Below, piece after piece: positions 34,982-47,519 of a DNA stretch of 64,000 bases (the stretch's first letter is position 1; every line of letters begins with the position of its first letter). The notes under the pieces are model-generated. The model was not told where the DNA came from. It did no database searches and worked only from the letters and a program-made list of their open reading frames with translations. Both the position numbers and the translations under genes were made by a program. Source of the stretch: Amphiscolops sp. MND2022 (Eukaryota); assembly GCA_964187785.1 (NCBI GenBank), contig OZ076409.1:53508001-53572000 (forward strand), read 5' to 3'.

Positions 34982-37900
34982 GAAATTTCAGTAAGTTTCT
35001 AGTAGTAAATCTTGTAGGATTACACAGCAGTTTACACTACTGTCATTAAAATAAAAACCGTTTTCCTTTTCGCTACCGACACATTCACGTTGTATTCTCA
35101 ATTTAATTTCTCAACTACAGTTCTGTGATCAAAGAATGGGCCCCTAAGTGATAATAATGTTTGGAACATATAATTTTCTGCCCAATTCTGAGAGATTTTT
35201 GATATTCAAGAGAAAAGATTTTGATAAAAGTTTCTTGAACTTCAATCTAGTTTACACTCGTGTGTTTTAAACTTTTGACAAATTTTGGGGAAATTAGCAC
35301 TCATCACCTCTCTATGTAATACTTGGTTTGCAAACAAAGTTTTCTATTTTTGTCTATTTTACAAACAATTTATTTTGATTAGTCTTTGTTATCAGTCGGT
35401 TCATCGCTGTCCCCTGATTGCACTGTTAAACTTTGAGGCACACGTCTGAAAGAAATCGATAATCTCTATTGAATTAATCTCGGTACATGTATCAAGATTG
35501 GGTATAGATTTAGGACCTATAGATTTGTGATTATCTTTTTACATGTACACTCTCGGGTACTAAAAATTTTCGAGTGTAATTAAAGAATGACGGGCACCTT
35601 GAACAATATGGCAAAGTAAATAATGACCAGCTTCTGCTCCTAATTTTGAATCTGCCATTGAATTCCAAAGTCTTTCATGTGAAAAGTAACTTTGCAAATT
35701 TGTCTTATAGTAGTTTCAAAGTTTTCAAAACTAGAGGTATGTAAACTAGGCAAAATTCCAAAACAAATGTTTCTGTTAAATTTTGGAAAACTTTTCGCAA
35801 CTCATTAGACGTTTTATATTTATTCGCCAAACAGGGGTTCCATTCTTTTGTCACAGGACTGTGGTCATCTGATGTAATCACTTCTCAATTACCACGCTGA
35901 GGATGACGCCAGTTTGCAGTTTACAGCGTGACTGAAGTTACTCAACATTGAAGTGGCGTTGAACTTTAAGGTTGCAACCAAGCAGCTTGACAAAATTTGA
36001 ATACAACAAAGGAACAATTCTCGCATGAAGGATTCCGTAACAGAAAATTAAAAACGTTTCCGGCAACTTTGAAGAATATGTAAAAAGTTCGTCCAATTTC
36101 AACAAGGATAATGCTTCATTATTGGCTTGCGGTGATTTATATGCGGAAAAATTGTTGTTGAGTTCTAAATATGGCTTCTCCATGAATCCGTTTTTCAGAT
36201 CACTTGTTATAAACGCTATTTTATTTCCCTACGATTAATTATTTTCCAAATACCCAAATAGATCTACTTTCAGCTGTTCAAATACATTCGATGTAGATTT
36301 GTTAATTTCTAAAACCCCCCCAAATCTTTCCGAGATCATCTTGGATGTTATTCGTTCGGATTCTATTCATAGTTCCTTTTATTCCAGCGGATGAGCGGAA
36401 CTTACACGAACAAAAGCAATGTCATGAGCTACCATTACCAAACCAGATGTAACACGTTGTTTTTCGCTAAAATGTATTCGAATGATTTTCAGTGGATGAA
36501 GCTGAATGAAACCGTTCAAACTCTTGAATCGTTTTCAGCTACATCTAATCGAAAACTAGAAGATGAAATGACCAATTTTGAAATCGCGAATTACTTTGCT
36601 GCATGATGACGCACAGTAAAAGTGAACTCAGCCATTCCAGTTTAGTAGACTCTAGCTTTCAAAAGTTGCCTTTCGCGTGCATCTTTAGGGCAAAACTCCC
36701 CATGAAATAGGGTTGGTGACAGAATTCCAATGCTTGCAGCAAAATCTATTGAAACGTGCAGCGGAATCAAATGCTAGTTTGAAAGATTTGTAGGTAGACT
36801 TGGCGGCATCCGCTAAAACTGTGACAGCAGCGAAGTCCACCGAAAACCCTAAAAAACACACATTGCCACAGAAAAAGCGAAAGATTTCTTGAATGCGCGA
36901 TAGACATTTTGACGGGCTATTGTTGTCATCAAAGATATGCCCAAATATGTTATTCAGGTTTGTCAAAGATTAGATTTACACTGGCGAAATTGAGGCACTC
37001 TCAAAAAATTCCAGCATGGCAAAATCACTGGTATTTCCAATTTTTGCATTGACGCGGCAGCAAGCAGCAAAACAGTAGTGATCTTCAAGTTATTCTCTTT
37101 GTGATAACGTTCGTTCCAATGGTTTCGGAATGATGTAATACCTAACTTAGGCCGTTGCGGGGAATTGTATTATTTCTGCTTTTAGGCTTTCATCCTAAAT
37201 CGGTGTTTTGGGATCTGCTGAGCTCTCCCTTATGGGAGACGATTTCGGTTACTCTGATTTGAAATCATTCTGTGCCAATTTTACCGTGTTTTACTACTTC
37301 AGGGCTCCTGTGTAGCCCACTGGACCGCATGTCCATTTACCATTAAACCTGTTTTCCTGCGTCCCAAGACAATTTTGATGCGTCGGATGATCTTTCTCGG
37401 CTATTTCTAAGTTTATAGCTTGTAAAACTTGAGAATTCAGATCCGATTTGATATCACCAAGATTTTTTGACATTTGACTTGCAATTTCGCAATTTATCCT
37501 TCTCGAAGTCTCTACAGTGATTTCACTTATTTCCCTGCAATTAGTGTTAAACAAAGCTAAAAAACCTTCAACTATGGGATATACAATTTGCTCTAGCTCA
37601 TCGGACTCAAGGTCCATATCTCCTTTTCTTTCGTTCTGGGGTTTAAATATTCAATCAGTTTCCTAACATTACATCCAGATTCTCTAAATCGAACATAGCG
37701 TCCGATTGCACAGAGTGCTTTTCCTTCGCTCTCTCCTTTTTTGTTGAAAGCATTTGATGAATTTAGTGCACCTTCGAGAATAAATTGATGAGCAGTATCA
37801 AATCACAAACGTTAGCAGAGGCCTTATAACTGAGAAAGAGAGAGGTATGAGTGTGAAACGCATTAGTGTTAAGTAGGAAGGTGTCTCCTCTTTCTGAGGG

Positions 37901-40491
37901 ACCGACTGTATATACAAAAAATTAAATGACTCGCAAAATTCAAAATTTCAGCTTGGCAACTGCGTACAAATGAATTGGTAGTACAAATGGCCACATCATC
38001 TAGCGATTTGGTTGGCTGTTAACAACATTGAAGGACCGCGCGTCCTTCAGCTAGAGTAGAACCTTACTTGTACGCGTTTTCATTAAAGTTATTAGCTTGC
38101 TATGGCTTATTGCTATTACTGCACTTTGCATGTTTCAACAAGTAAAAATTACTGGTTCATATGCCCATCATTTTATTACATTTAAATGAAAGACTAACTT
38201 ATTATAAAGGAACAGAAAACTACTCTTGAACGTAAAACGATCAAATAACAATGTTATATCAGGGAGAATGTTTCGTGTGGCTGCATTGACCTTGGGTTTT
38301 TATTCGTTCCTAGCGGCAATACTCCTAGTGGCAAAATGAATAAAAACCACCCGTTAGCTTCATCTGAATGACTCGGCGTACCAGAGCAAAAGTAAAACTG
38401 AATTGTCGCCGGCAGCTTGAGATACTCACGTTGAAACTCACTGCCGCATCAAATATGTGAATATTTCCGAGAAAAATTCGAATCATGAAGCGAATCGGCT
38501 GCCAAAATCTTGTCAGTCCGGTTTCTATATTCTTCCTGTTTCCACAGAAATGATTGATTCTTCAGACTTTCTGAGTTTTAGGTTATCATTATTTCCGTTT
38601 GTGTTTCCAAATGATTTTTCCAATTTCCTGGTTGAAATTCACAATGGATAGTGAAAAATGTTTATACAAGTTTGAATATAGTAGACAAACAAAATGACAA
38701 ACAAGAAGCCCGCTCAGCACCGGGGTACTTTTCGCCAATAACGCATCAGCCCGGGTTCGAACCCACGACCTCGAGTCTGCCAGTTCAAGGAACTAAAATT
38801 GTCAAAAACTAAATAAAATAGTCAAGTAGTGGGAGATTGTTGGGAGTCATGGAGATGAGCAAACTGGGTTGGGAGTCATGGAGAGCGTGGAGATTTTGCA
38901 GAATTTGCAAAAAAAAACGCAACACAGATCATGATTTTCCTCCCCGATTTTATGTGGGCGGAAACTAAAAATTTCTGAATAAACGGTAAATCGAATTCTA
39001 CTAATCGCGTTCCAATAAATATCACGATGCCCATCATTTTTATATTGGTGTACTCTAGTTATTACATTTTGGCTAGGTTTTGGTTCTTATGGTCCATATT
39101 TTTAAATAGGAAAAAACTACTAAATGAGACTCGTTTTTGTTCAAAAATCACCACGTTATATTGTCATGACCAAGTTGAAGGGGTTCTCTCATAGAATTAA
39201 TTTGACATAAATTTTGTTAGGTGTATATGTATTGTTACAGCTTTTTGAACTCTTTTGGTTCAATCCAAAACGGCTCCAAAATAATATTCCCAAGTACCCC
39301 CAAAGTCAAAAATTTCCATAAATCTAAATTTTCATGCGTTTTTAAAATTTCATGCGTTTTTTGGATAGCTTTTGAATATTTTCGTTGATGGAAAATCCCG
39401 AACAATTCAACACGATTTAACCCACCATCCAAGACTTTAAGGACTCTTTTGATTATTTACTACAAGTTTTAGTCAGGTTTCAATCATTTTCATGGGCTAG
39501 AATGTCCAAAGTGTTCCAATATGAAGCAAGCATTTGTCTAAGATAAATGTGAAAAGTTCCCTTGAAAAACTGCCTCAAAATGATCATTAATTATCTAAAA
39601 AGTCACAAAATTGTGCAATTTTTAACATTTTAAAGCAAATTTTGAAACAGTTTGTACGTTTTGAACTTTAGACACCCAGAGATATCAACATCGCACTACT
39701 ATCACATACACTGTTCTGAAGAGCAATCGATTCATTGATATTTTTTTCGAAAAGTGCCTCAGAATTACTTCAAAAAGCTAGAAAGTCATGTTGTGGTTAC
39801 CTTAGGCACATTCTGTGAATTTTTCGAACGTTTTGAAAAATTCAAACACCCACAGATGGTAACGACGAAGCAAAAAGTCATCTCGCACTATTTCACGACG
39901 AGTCACTTGCAGTTTATGCATGATTGAGTGCCTTAAATTGACACCAAAAAAGAACGTTTATAAACAATTCACAAATTTTTCACTATCGAGTAGCTTTTTT
40001 GTACTGTCGTCGAATGATTTTGAGGAAAACATCCAAAGAGTCCAACAATGACACAGTAATCTATCCAACTCGAGTTTTAAAAAACAAATTTGATGCTCTG
40101 AGTTCAAATTTGACTGTTTCGAAATTTTACGTTGAATTTGCGTATGAGTATCTCTAGATTTTAAAACTTTCATTGGTTTTGGAGACCATTTTTTGAAATC
40201 AGGTGTTTGTTATCTGAACTTAAAGATGCACAACAATAAAAATTTGACTCTAAATATTCTGACACTGTGAAAACGTTCAGAGCTGATGTGATTGTCAACA
40301 GTAGCGGAAAATAATTTGATAATATTTGGCCATATCATAGAGATCCAAAATCAGAGAAACTCATCGTTGTACATCTATCTATACCCCAATTACTGGTTTG
40401 TATCTGTTAAGATCGCCAAATATAAAGATAAAACGATAAAGCATACGGATCTTTTATTCAACCATAACGTACGTGATTCTCAAATGTAATG
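34982..40491 (+). repeat. Tandem segmental duplication, copy B
   Basis: See copy A. Copy B lacks ~170 bp present at ~31985-32160 and has ~145 bp extra at ~39640-39782. Confidence 0.95.
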
Positions 40492-43400
40492 ATATACAAC
40501 AAAACATTAACTTAAATAGGTAAGTATGGTGATTACAGCTTAATTGTAATTAGTACTAGACAACTCTAAAACTGTGACAGTTTTTCAATTGGGGATTGGC
40601 AGAGTCTGACCTTTGCATCTCACAATTCCCCCTCCGGATGCATTCAATTATATGCGGCTGTTCTGTATTGTAGATCCGTATTTCACTGTTCACGTGGTGT
40701 TTCTTCAGTACTGTCCGCATATTACGGTTGATCGTTTCCTCGCTACTGTTTGCTTGCGGCTGGTTGTTCTGGCATTCCTGTAAAGCACAGTGGGTACTCA
40801 ATTTCTTTTTATTATTTTCAATATGGTATGGTATACCCCTAAGTTTTCGGTTTGTTTAGCAGAAGTTAGTCTTTGTGATGTTCGCACCTTTTAGTGTGGT
40901 TCGGTAACAGCTTTTTTCTATTTCCATGCCTGTCTCCGTGGTTAGTGTTGTCTCTTTGGGCAGGAGTTGTAATGCGTCCTCGATGTTAGTATGGACCGGT
41001 TTTCGTTCGGCTGTGTTGTAGCATTGAAAATCGTCGTCTTGAGATACCATGCGGAGGTCGAGGTCCATAGGCTTCCCTGCCGAAAGGTCGGGACTGGTGA
41101 ACTGTCATTTCTCATTTCTCTGTTGTTCCTTTCGTTTCTGATTTCTTTTCGGCCTCATTGGAGCATCGGCTGGTGAAAGCAATACGATTCATGTCGCCGT
41201 TGGTTTGTTTCTGCCACAGTACTATTCCGAGGCCAGTTTTGCAAGCATACGTTCTGACTAAATTTTCTTTGTTGCTGTTGTAGTGTGCTAGACACTATTG
41301 AGTCGTGAGTTGTTTCTTTAGAGTATTGAAATCTGTGTTTCGTTCTTCCGTCCATTCCCATTTTGTCCCTTCCGTCAATAAGTGTCTCATGTTGTCCGTA
41401 TTTTCAGATACGTTTGAGAAGAGGTTTTCGCAGAATTTGGATTTCTCTGAGAAAGGATTTCAGTGTTTAGGTGTTTGGTGGTGGTTTTAAGTTGTTGATT
41501 CCTTCCGTCTTTTCTTTGTTCGATCTGATGCCGTCTTTTGAAAGCGTGTGTCCCAACCATACTGTTTCTTTTTGATAGAACTTTGACTGCTTTTTGCTGG
41601 CTCTGAAACTTTCGTTTCCTAGTTTTGCTAGGACTGACTCTAGTTTCTGGGTGTCTTGCTCCTTCGTTCCACGTGTTACGACTATTATGTCGTCTAACCA
41701 AACTGGTGTTTGGTGGCCGAGTGTTCGGTCTTTTTCTCTTGGAATATGGTTGGTATGACAGCTGGTCTGTAAAAGTTTTTTAAAAACCAACAGTATCCGT
41801 TGATATTTCTCTCCCATGATTGCAAAGTTGCAATGTTTTGTTTACTGGTTTCTCGTGCTATTTCCATTTGACCGTAAGCATAGTCTAGATCTATCACCGA
41901 CATCCAAATTGGGTCTAGATCGCTTTTGACAGTTCGGAAGTAATTTGGTTTAGTAATTTGTCCATTATGGGCATGTGTGGTCTCTTTGTTTGTAGCTGTC
42001 GTTCAGTTTTTGGGAGTGTAGAGCGATTTTGACTGATTTGTCTTTATTAACCGTAAATACTACGAGGAAAATGAAACAGTGTTTTTCGATTGTTTACAGT
42101 CTCTCTAAGTGTCTGGATTCGACCAGTCGGTCTAGTTCATTTTTACATCATCTTGTAGGTGATATGGTATTGGTCGTGCTTTTTGATGTATAGAGTAAGA
42201 CCCGGGGGTTTATTTGTATTTTCACTTCGGTGTTGTTTATGGTGTGATTGGTCCCAAAAATTTTCTTAAATTTTGTGTGGATTGTTTCAGTGAAATTTTG
42301 TTTTTGGTGAAGGGTAGTTGTTTTACTCAGCTTGCTCCGAGGAGGGAAGACATCATTTCATTTGTGATTTGTAGGTGGAGTTTGATTTTTATGTCGTTGT
42401 GCTCCACGTCCACCCAAATTTTCCCCAGGAATTTGATTTCGTTTTTGTTCACATCTTGTTATCGTTCTTTCATTGGTTTGATATTTTCTGTTTTATATAC
42501 AATGTTGGGTTATTCGGCATGATGATGACCGGAGAGCCGTTATCGATGAAGATGTTTTGTTTCTTCCTGTGTCTTTTCGTTTCGATTCCATAGTGATCGT
42601 TGTTATCCGGTAGTATTTTGTTGATTTGTGTTATCCGGCAGATGTTTTCGGGTTCACGCTCTTCTTCGTCTTCTTCTGAGTTCATGTCTTGTAAATAATT
42701 TTTTCATATTATTGTTTGGTTTTCGCGGCATTCCCGTGCAAAGTGGCCAGTTTTCTGGCAGTTGTTGAACTTTACTCTTTTTGCTGGACAGTTGTGTTGG
42801 GGAGTCCAGTTCTGTTCTCCGCGGAACCCGCAGTCCTTTTCTTCGATGTATTCCATTGTTCCCGGTGTTGTCTTGTTTGGATTTTTTGGATTGGTTACTG
42901 TTTTCTTTCTGTGGCTTTTGCCAATGCGGGTGGTATGGTTGATTGTTTTATCGCCGGTCGCAGATGTTTTGGGTGGTGAGTTCTGCGGTTGTTTTCAAAA
43001 TTGAGGTTTATGCGCGGATTAGTTTCTCTCGAAGTTTTTTGTTGATAATCCTGTGATAAATTTCGATATAAGTAGGTTTTCCTGCTTTATATCTTTGATG
43101 TGGCAGTTTTTTTCTAAGGTTTTTAGTTTTTTCCAATGTTCCTCTTTTGTCTCATCGTCTTCTTGTTTTGCCTAAACGAAATCTACACGGCAATAGTAGG
43201 TCTTCCGTTTGGGCATATAGTATTCCCGGATACCTGTATTAGTTTGTCGGTTTTGATAGTATCTGAATCCGTGTTGAATTCTCCTTGGGATTATTTCGTT
43301 GCTGATGGTCCCGCGCCCCAAATAAAGTCTTGTCTGATCTATGGTTTTTTCGTGTCCATGGAATCACCGGTTGGTGCCGTATCATCCGTCAGTATCTGTT

Positions 43401-44254
43401 TGATATCCACACCATAGATTTTTTTGTGTAATGCCGAAATCTTTCGGTCCATTCTTTGGGTGTGTATAATTTCTTTCTGTCGAGCCCGGCATCTTTTAGG
43501 TAGGGTAGTTGGATAATTTTAGTGATCATTGGTGGTTGGTTTTATTGATGGAAAGGTTTCGCACTTTTGGAAAAAGGAATGTAAATCTTGCTAACTGCGC
43601 CTTGCTAAGATCACTAAATCCAAAATTAAAACGATATAGCAAACGGATAGATCTTGTATTCAAGCAAAATGTATGTGATTCTCAAATGTAATGATATACA
43701 ACAACACATTAACATAACCTCGACAGTGCTTTTGTCCAAATGAGGACAGCAATTTTTTCACAATCAATAAAATATTACGAAACGCAAAAAGCATATAGGA
43801 TAACGAAATTTTGTTTTTCTAATCAACAATCTACTGGACTACCTGGGGCGAGTTGTTATTTGTGTCAAAATAGTTTGCTTTCCGAACCACCGGCAAAAAG
43901 GTAACTAGAAAAAAGGAAAATTCGCAAAAAAAAACTTTTGAGATAATTAACTTTTTCTCAATAACACAGCAACTGTTTGCTAAGTTTCTGTCACACTCTA
44001 GTAACACAGTTTGCCACCATTGAAACCGCACATAGAAGTTTTTCTTAATGAAGCTTCAGCGAAAAGGTCGAGTAGCATTTGAAATTTTCTTAGTTTTTGC
44101 CACTTTTTCAACTTCTCGGTGTACTGTCGAGGATAAATAGGTCAGAGCTGAGTAGGGAAATTAGAGTTTGTTTGTAACTAGTACTAGACAACTCTCCAAC
44201 TGTCTGACCCCTGAACTCTCAAACTGATTGGCAGTCTGACCTCTGCATCTCACA
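40421..44254 (-). mobile_element. Decayed Gypsy LTR retrotransposon
   Basis: Two divergent LTRs of ~205 bp starting TGTGAGATGC on the minus strand (at 44254 and 40624). PPT GGAGGGGAA next to 40624. Fragmented protease (IDNGSP), RT (DLDYAYGQ, WLDDII) and a knuckle-like GH..C segment; many frameshifts; no integrase core seen. Confidence 0.85.
43718..44132. mobile_element. piggyBac-like MITE inserted in an LTR
   Basis: TIRs CCTCGACAGT...ACTGTCGAGG and a 4-bp TSD ATAA; the sister LTR has TTAA at this position (~40512). Confidence 0.75.
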
Positions 44255-45620
44255 GTATCAATTGTAAAATGGACAGCGACCAATTTATAGATATTTGAGG
44301 AGATTCCATGGCTCCAAACTTGCAAGAGTCGTTATTGTTTTAGCAACATAATGCTCCGTGTCACACATCAAAAGTGACTACGAAAGTCATGGAAAAGTTG
44401 GGAATAGCGTTCTTTCCAGGGTGGCAACCAAATTCTCGAGATCATGTGACAGAAGCTCAAAAGTAATCTGGGCCAGCATAATTTTCAAGATGTGGAAAAA
44501 AATTGGAACAGCAGTGCAAAGTTTTTTGCTTTTACTTACTAGTAGGTGGAGGAATTGTTTTTAATCGGTTCCCAAGAGGTTGAGACAGGTTATTGAAGCA
44601 CGTGATTCTTCCATAAAATGATGAATGTTCTTTTTTGTTTTACTGTATTTTTTGTAACAATTTTTGGTTGGAATTCAAAATTTTTTGAAAGTGTCGGAAT
44701 CTTTTAGCAGGTACTGTATGTATCATACCCATTCGGGTAGACCGTGATTTGCAAATGGTTCTCTGAATGGACTCAAATTAACAAAAAAAGCCATAAATTA
44801 CAGTGGTTGCAAGTTTTTGTGAGTATGAATATCCATGGAGTTCAATAGCAAGAATTTTGGCTACCAAGCATACTTTATTCGAGGAACAACTCATTCAGTG
44901 TTTCACAAAGCAAGACCTCAAATGAACTAAAAGGTGCAAAAGTTGTCAAGCAAATGTCGTACTTAATTTAATTCGGGGTGGAAAATATCCCGCGGCTCAG
45001 CGGACTTCTTGTTAATTCGTCTTGAAAATAATATTCCTTTGCCCGATCGTACCACATATCACGTGATTATTTTCGATTAAAATATCATATAATCACGTGA
45101 CATGATGTTGAAAACAGACCCGAGAATCTTCACGGAGCTGAAAACCTTGAAGACATTCCAGTGCATGATTTTCACATGATTCCTGTCCAAATTTTTGCTA
45201 AAAAACCAGCCGCTTATTCACAAAATACGCCGAATAAAATATGAATGATATTACTGAAGCATGCTGGGGAACTAGATTCGATCAAACATTTGTTCTGAAT
45301 ATCACTTTCTAATCAACCCAAATTGAAAACTTTTCAAATTGAAGAAGTTGTGTTACCGTCGCATCTCAAATTTTTTTGTTTTCAAACTTTCAGGCAAAAT
45401 ATGACTTGTCCGAAAGATACTTCACATAAAAGAGTTCGGAATAGGTATCACTATTTTGTAGCTGAAAATATTTAAACATTGAAAGATTTTTGTTAAAAGT
45501 CACTTCGAGCAGTTATTATGAGGTTTCGACGTGAGAATATTCGTTAGTTTTCACAAAAAAATGTTGTGGTAGCAAAAAATGAAAAAGACGACCATGAGAA
45601 AATTGCATATCAATTGATTA

Positions 45621-47152
45621 CCCCAGTCGAACTCCCATACATTTCTTGCAAGAATCTTGCAAAAGTGGTACATATCAGACACTATCTGAAAGAATCTTGC
45701 AAGAATCTTGGATTTCAAACAAACCTGTCAGATTCTTGCAGATCAGTCATTTCTGGCAGATTCAGACGTTTCTTGCAAGATTCTTGCAGGTCAAGACATT
45801 ACTTTCAAGATTTTGGACGGATCTTGCAAGACAATGTCTGAAACTTGAAAGATATTCTGCAAAAAGTGTCTGGAATGTAGAGGAAACGTCAAGGCTATTT
45901 TTCCAATTTTAAACCAAGAATATGTTCAAATTGAATGTAAATGTCTCGTATATGTAGTCGAGCGGACTTAAATGTGACCAAGAACTTTGAACCAAGCAAA
46001 AATTTTGAACCAAGAACCAAGCAATCTTGGAAGAAGTTATGCGACGCGTGCCGTTAACTACCCTCAAGCGCGCTGTTATTTACCCTCTTGAGTCGAGTCA
46101 ACTTGTTGACAACATCTCGAGAGTCTTTCACACGTCTCTTAGAGTGAGTGGCGATGAAGAATGAACAAGCCATTTTCAAAGGAAGCCGACGACTAATGGA
46201 ATTCCATTCAGGAAAGTTTACGCCAACTTAGGACAATTAACCAGGGTTTTAGCCGCTAAATTGATGTAAATGTCTCGTATATGGAGTCGCACGGACTTAA
46301 CTGTGACTGAAGATGTTGAAATATGATTTGTTTATTTTAGAACTACCGCTTTTGGGACCTGTTCGTTTGCCACGATGGTGACCTAGGTAGGACCTAGCTA
46401 GAACAGTCGCTTGGGCCGTGTCCTAACTTGCGAGGATCTTGATGAAGGAACTACTCAAGTGTACATGTACCGGAGCTAAAACATACGTATACGTCAGTTC
46501 ATCCAGAAAAACACAGGTGTAAACAATTTTTGCTACTGCTTGCTATCCAATAGGTGCAGCCCAGAAGGTAGTCTTATTCTCATGAAGACGAAAGCAGCAG
46601 ACTACCTCCAGAATGATTCGTCGAAGTTTGGACATTCGGTCCACTTGACAGCAACAACAAACTTGAATCACATATGTCAAACGAACTCTTAATCTTGTAC
46701 ATATTTATGTTTATCTTCATCTATGTTGGTTTTGCTGATGCTGTAAAAATCTTTCAATTGGACTCTTTTTTTATTTACTTTCAAGGTTCAAGCATTTTCT
46801 TCCAAGTAACTCTCAAGGTTCAGGCATTTTCTTCCAAGTTACTTTCAAGATCAGGCATTCTCTTCCAAGATACTTCCAAGATCAGACATTTTCTTCCAAG
46901 TTACTTCCAAGATCAGGCAATTTCTTCCAAGTTACTTCCAAGATCAGATTTTTTCTTGCAAGGTCTTGAAAGACCAGACATTTTCTTGCAAGATCTTGCA
47001 AGACCAGACATTTTCTTGCAAGATCTTGCAAGACCAGACATTTTCTTCCAAGATCTTCCAAGATACCTGCAAGAATAATGCATTGTCTTCCAAGATCTTG
47101 GGAGTGAAATCTGACAGATTCTTGCAGAAAATGTGTGGAAGTTCGAATGGGG
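45621..47152. mobile_element. Non-autonomous CACTA-like TIR element
   Basis: TIRs CCCCAGTCGAACTCCCATACATTT...AAATGTGTGGAAGTTCGAATGGGG, TSD TA, and 29-30-bp subterminal tandem repeats (~46780-47090). Confidence 0.85.
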
Positions 47153-47519
47153 TAACTGATTAATCATTGTCTAAGACGTTTTCGTTTTCCACACAAGCTA
47201 TTAATGGAAACTGTGGTTCAATAGTGAAAAATTTGTCGTTTGTGGTGATGTCATCGTCACTTGTTGCTATTCGGTAAATATCTACCGTTCGTTACCGAAG
47301 AAGCTATTTCAATTCATTGGTTCCGAGGTTCGGTTATATATCACCGAAGAATAGAAAATTTCAATATGCGTTACCGATGACCAGTGAAAGAACTCAAGTA
47401 AACTCTCACATATATATATATATATATATATAAATTATAGGATACAATGCCTCTATTTGCAGGCCATGATTATACAAATATATAAAATTTACAAATGATC
47501 ATGATTTCTTTGCTTCAGG

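Noticed and set aside
43478..43490. GGGCTCGACA match to the end of the solo LTR
   Set aside because: It lies inside gag-like coding sequence of a different element; a 10-bp match is probably chance.
46674..47167. Repeat-containing proteins (also 15045-15977, 25240-25952, 29517-30061, 45566-45912)
   Set aside because: These are translations of MITE subterminal repeats.
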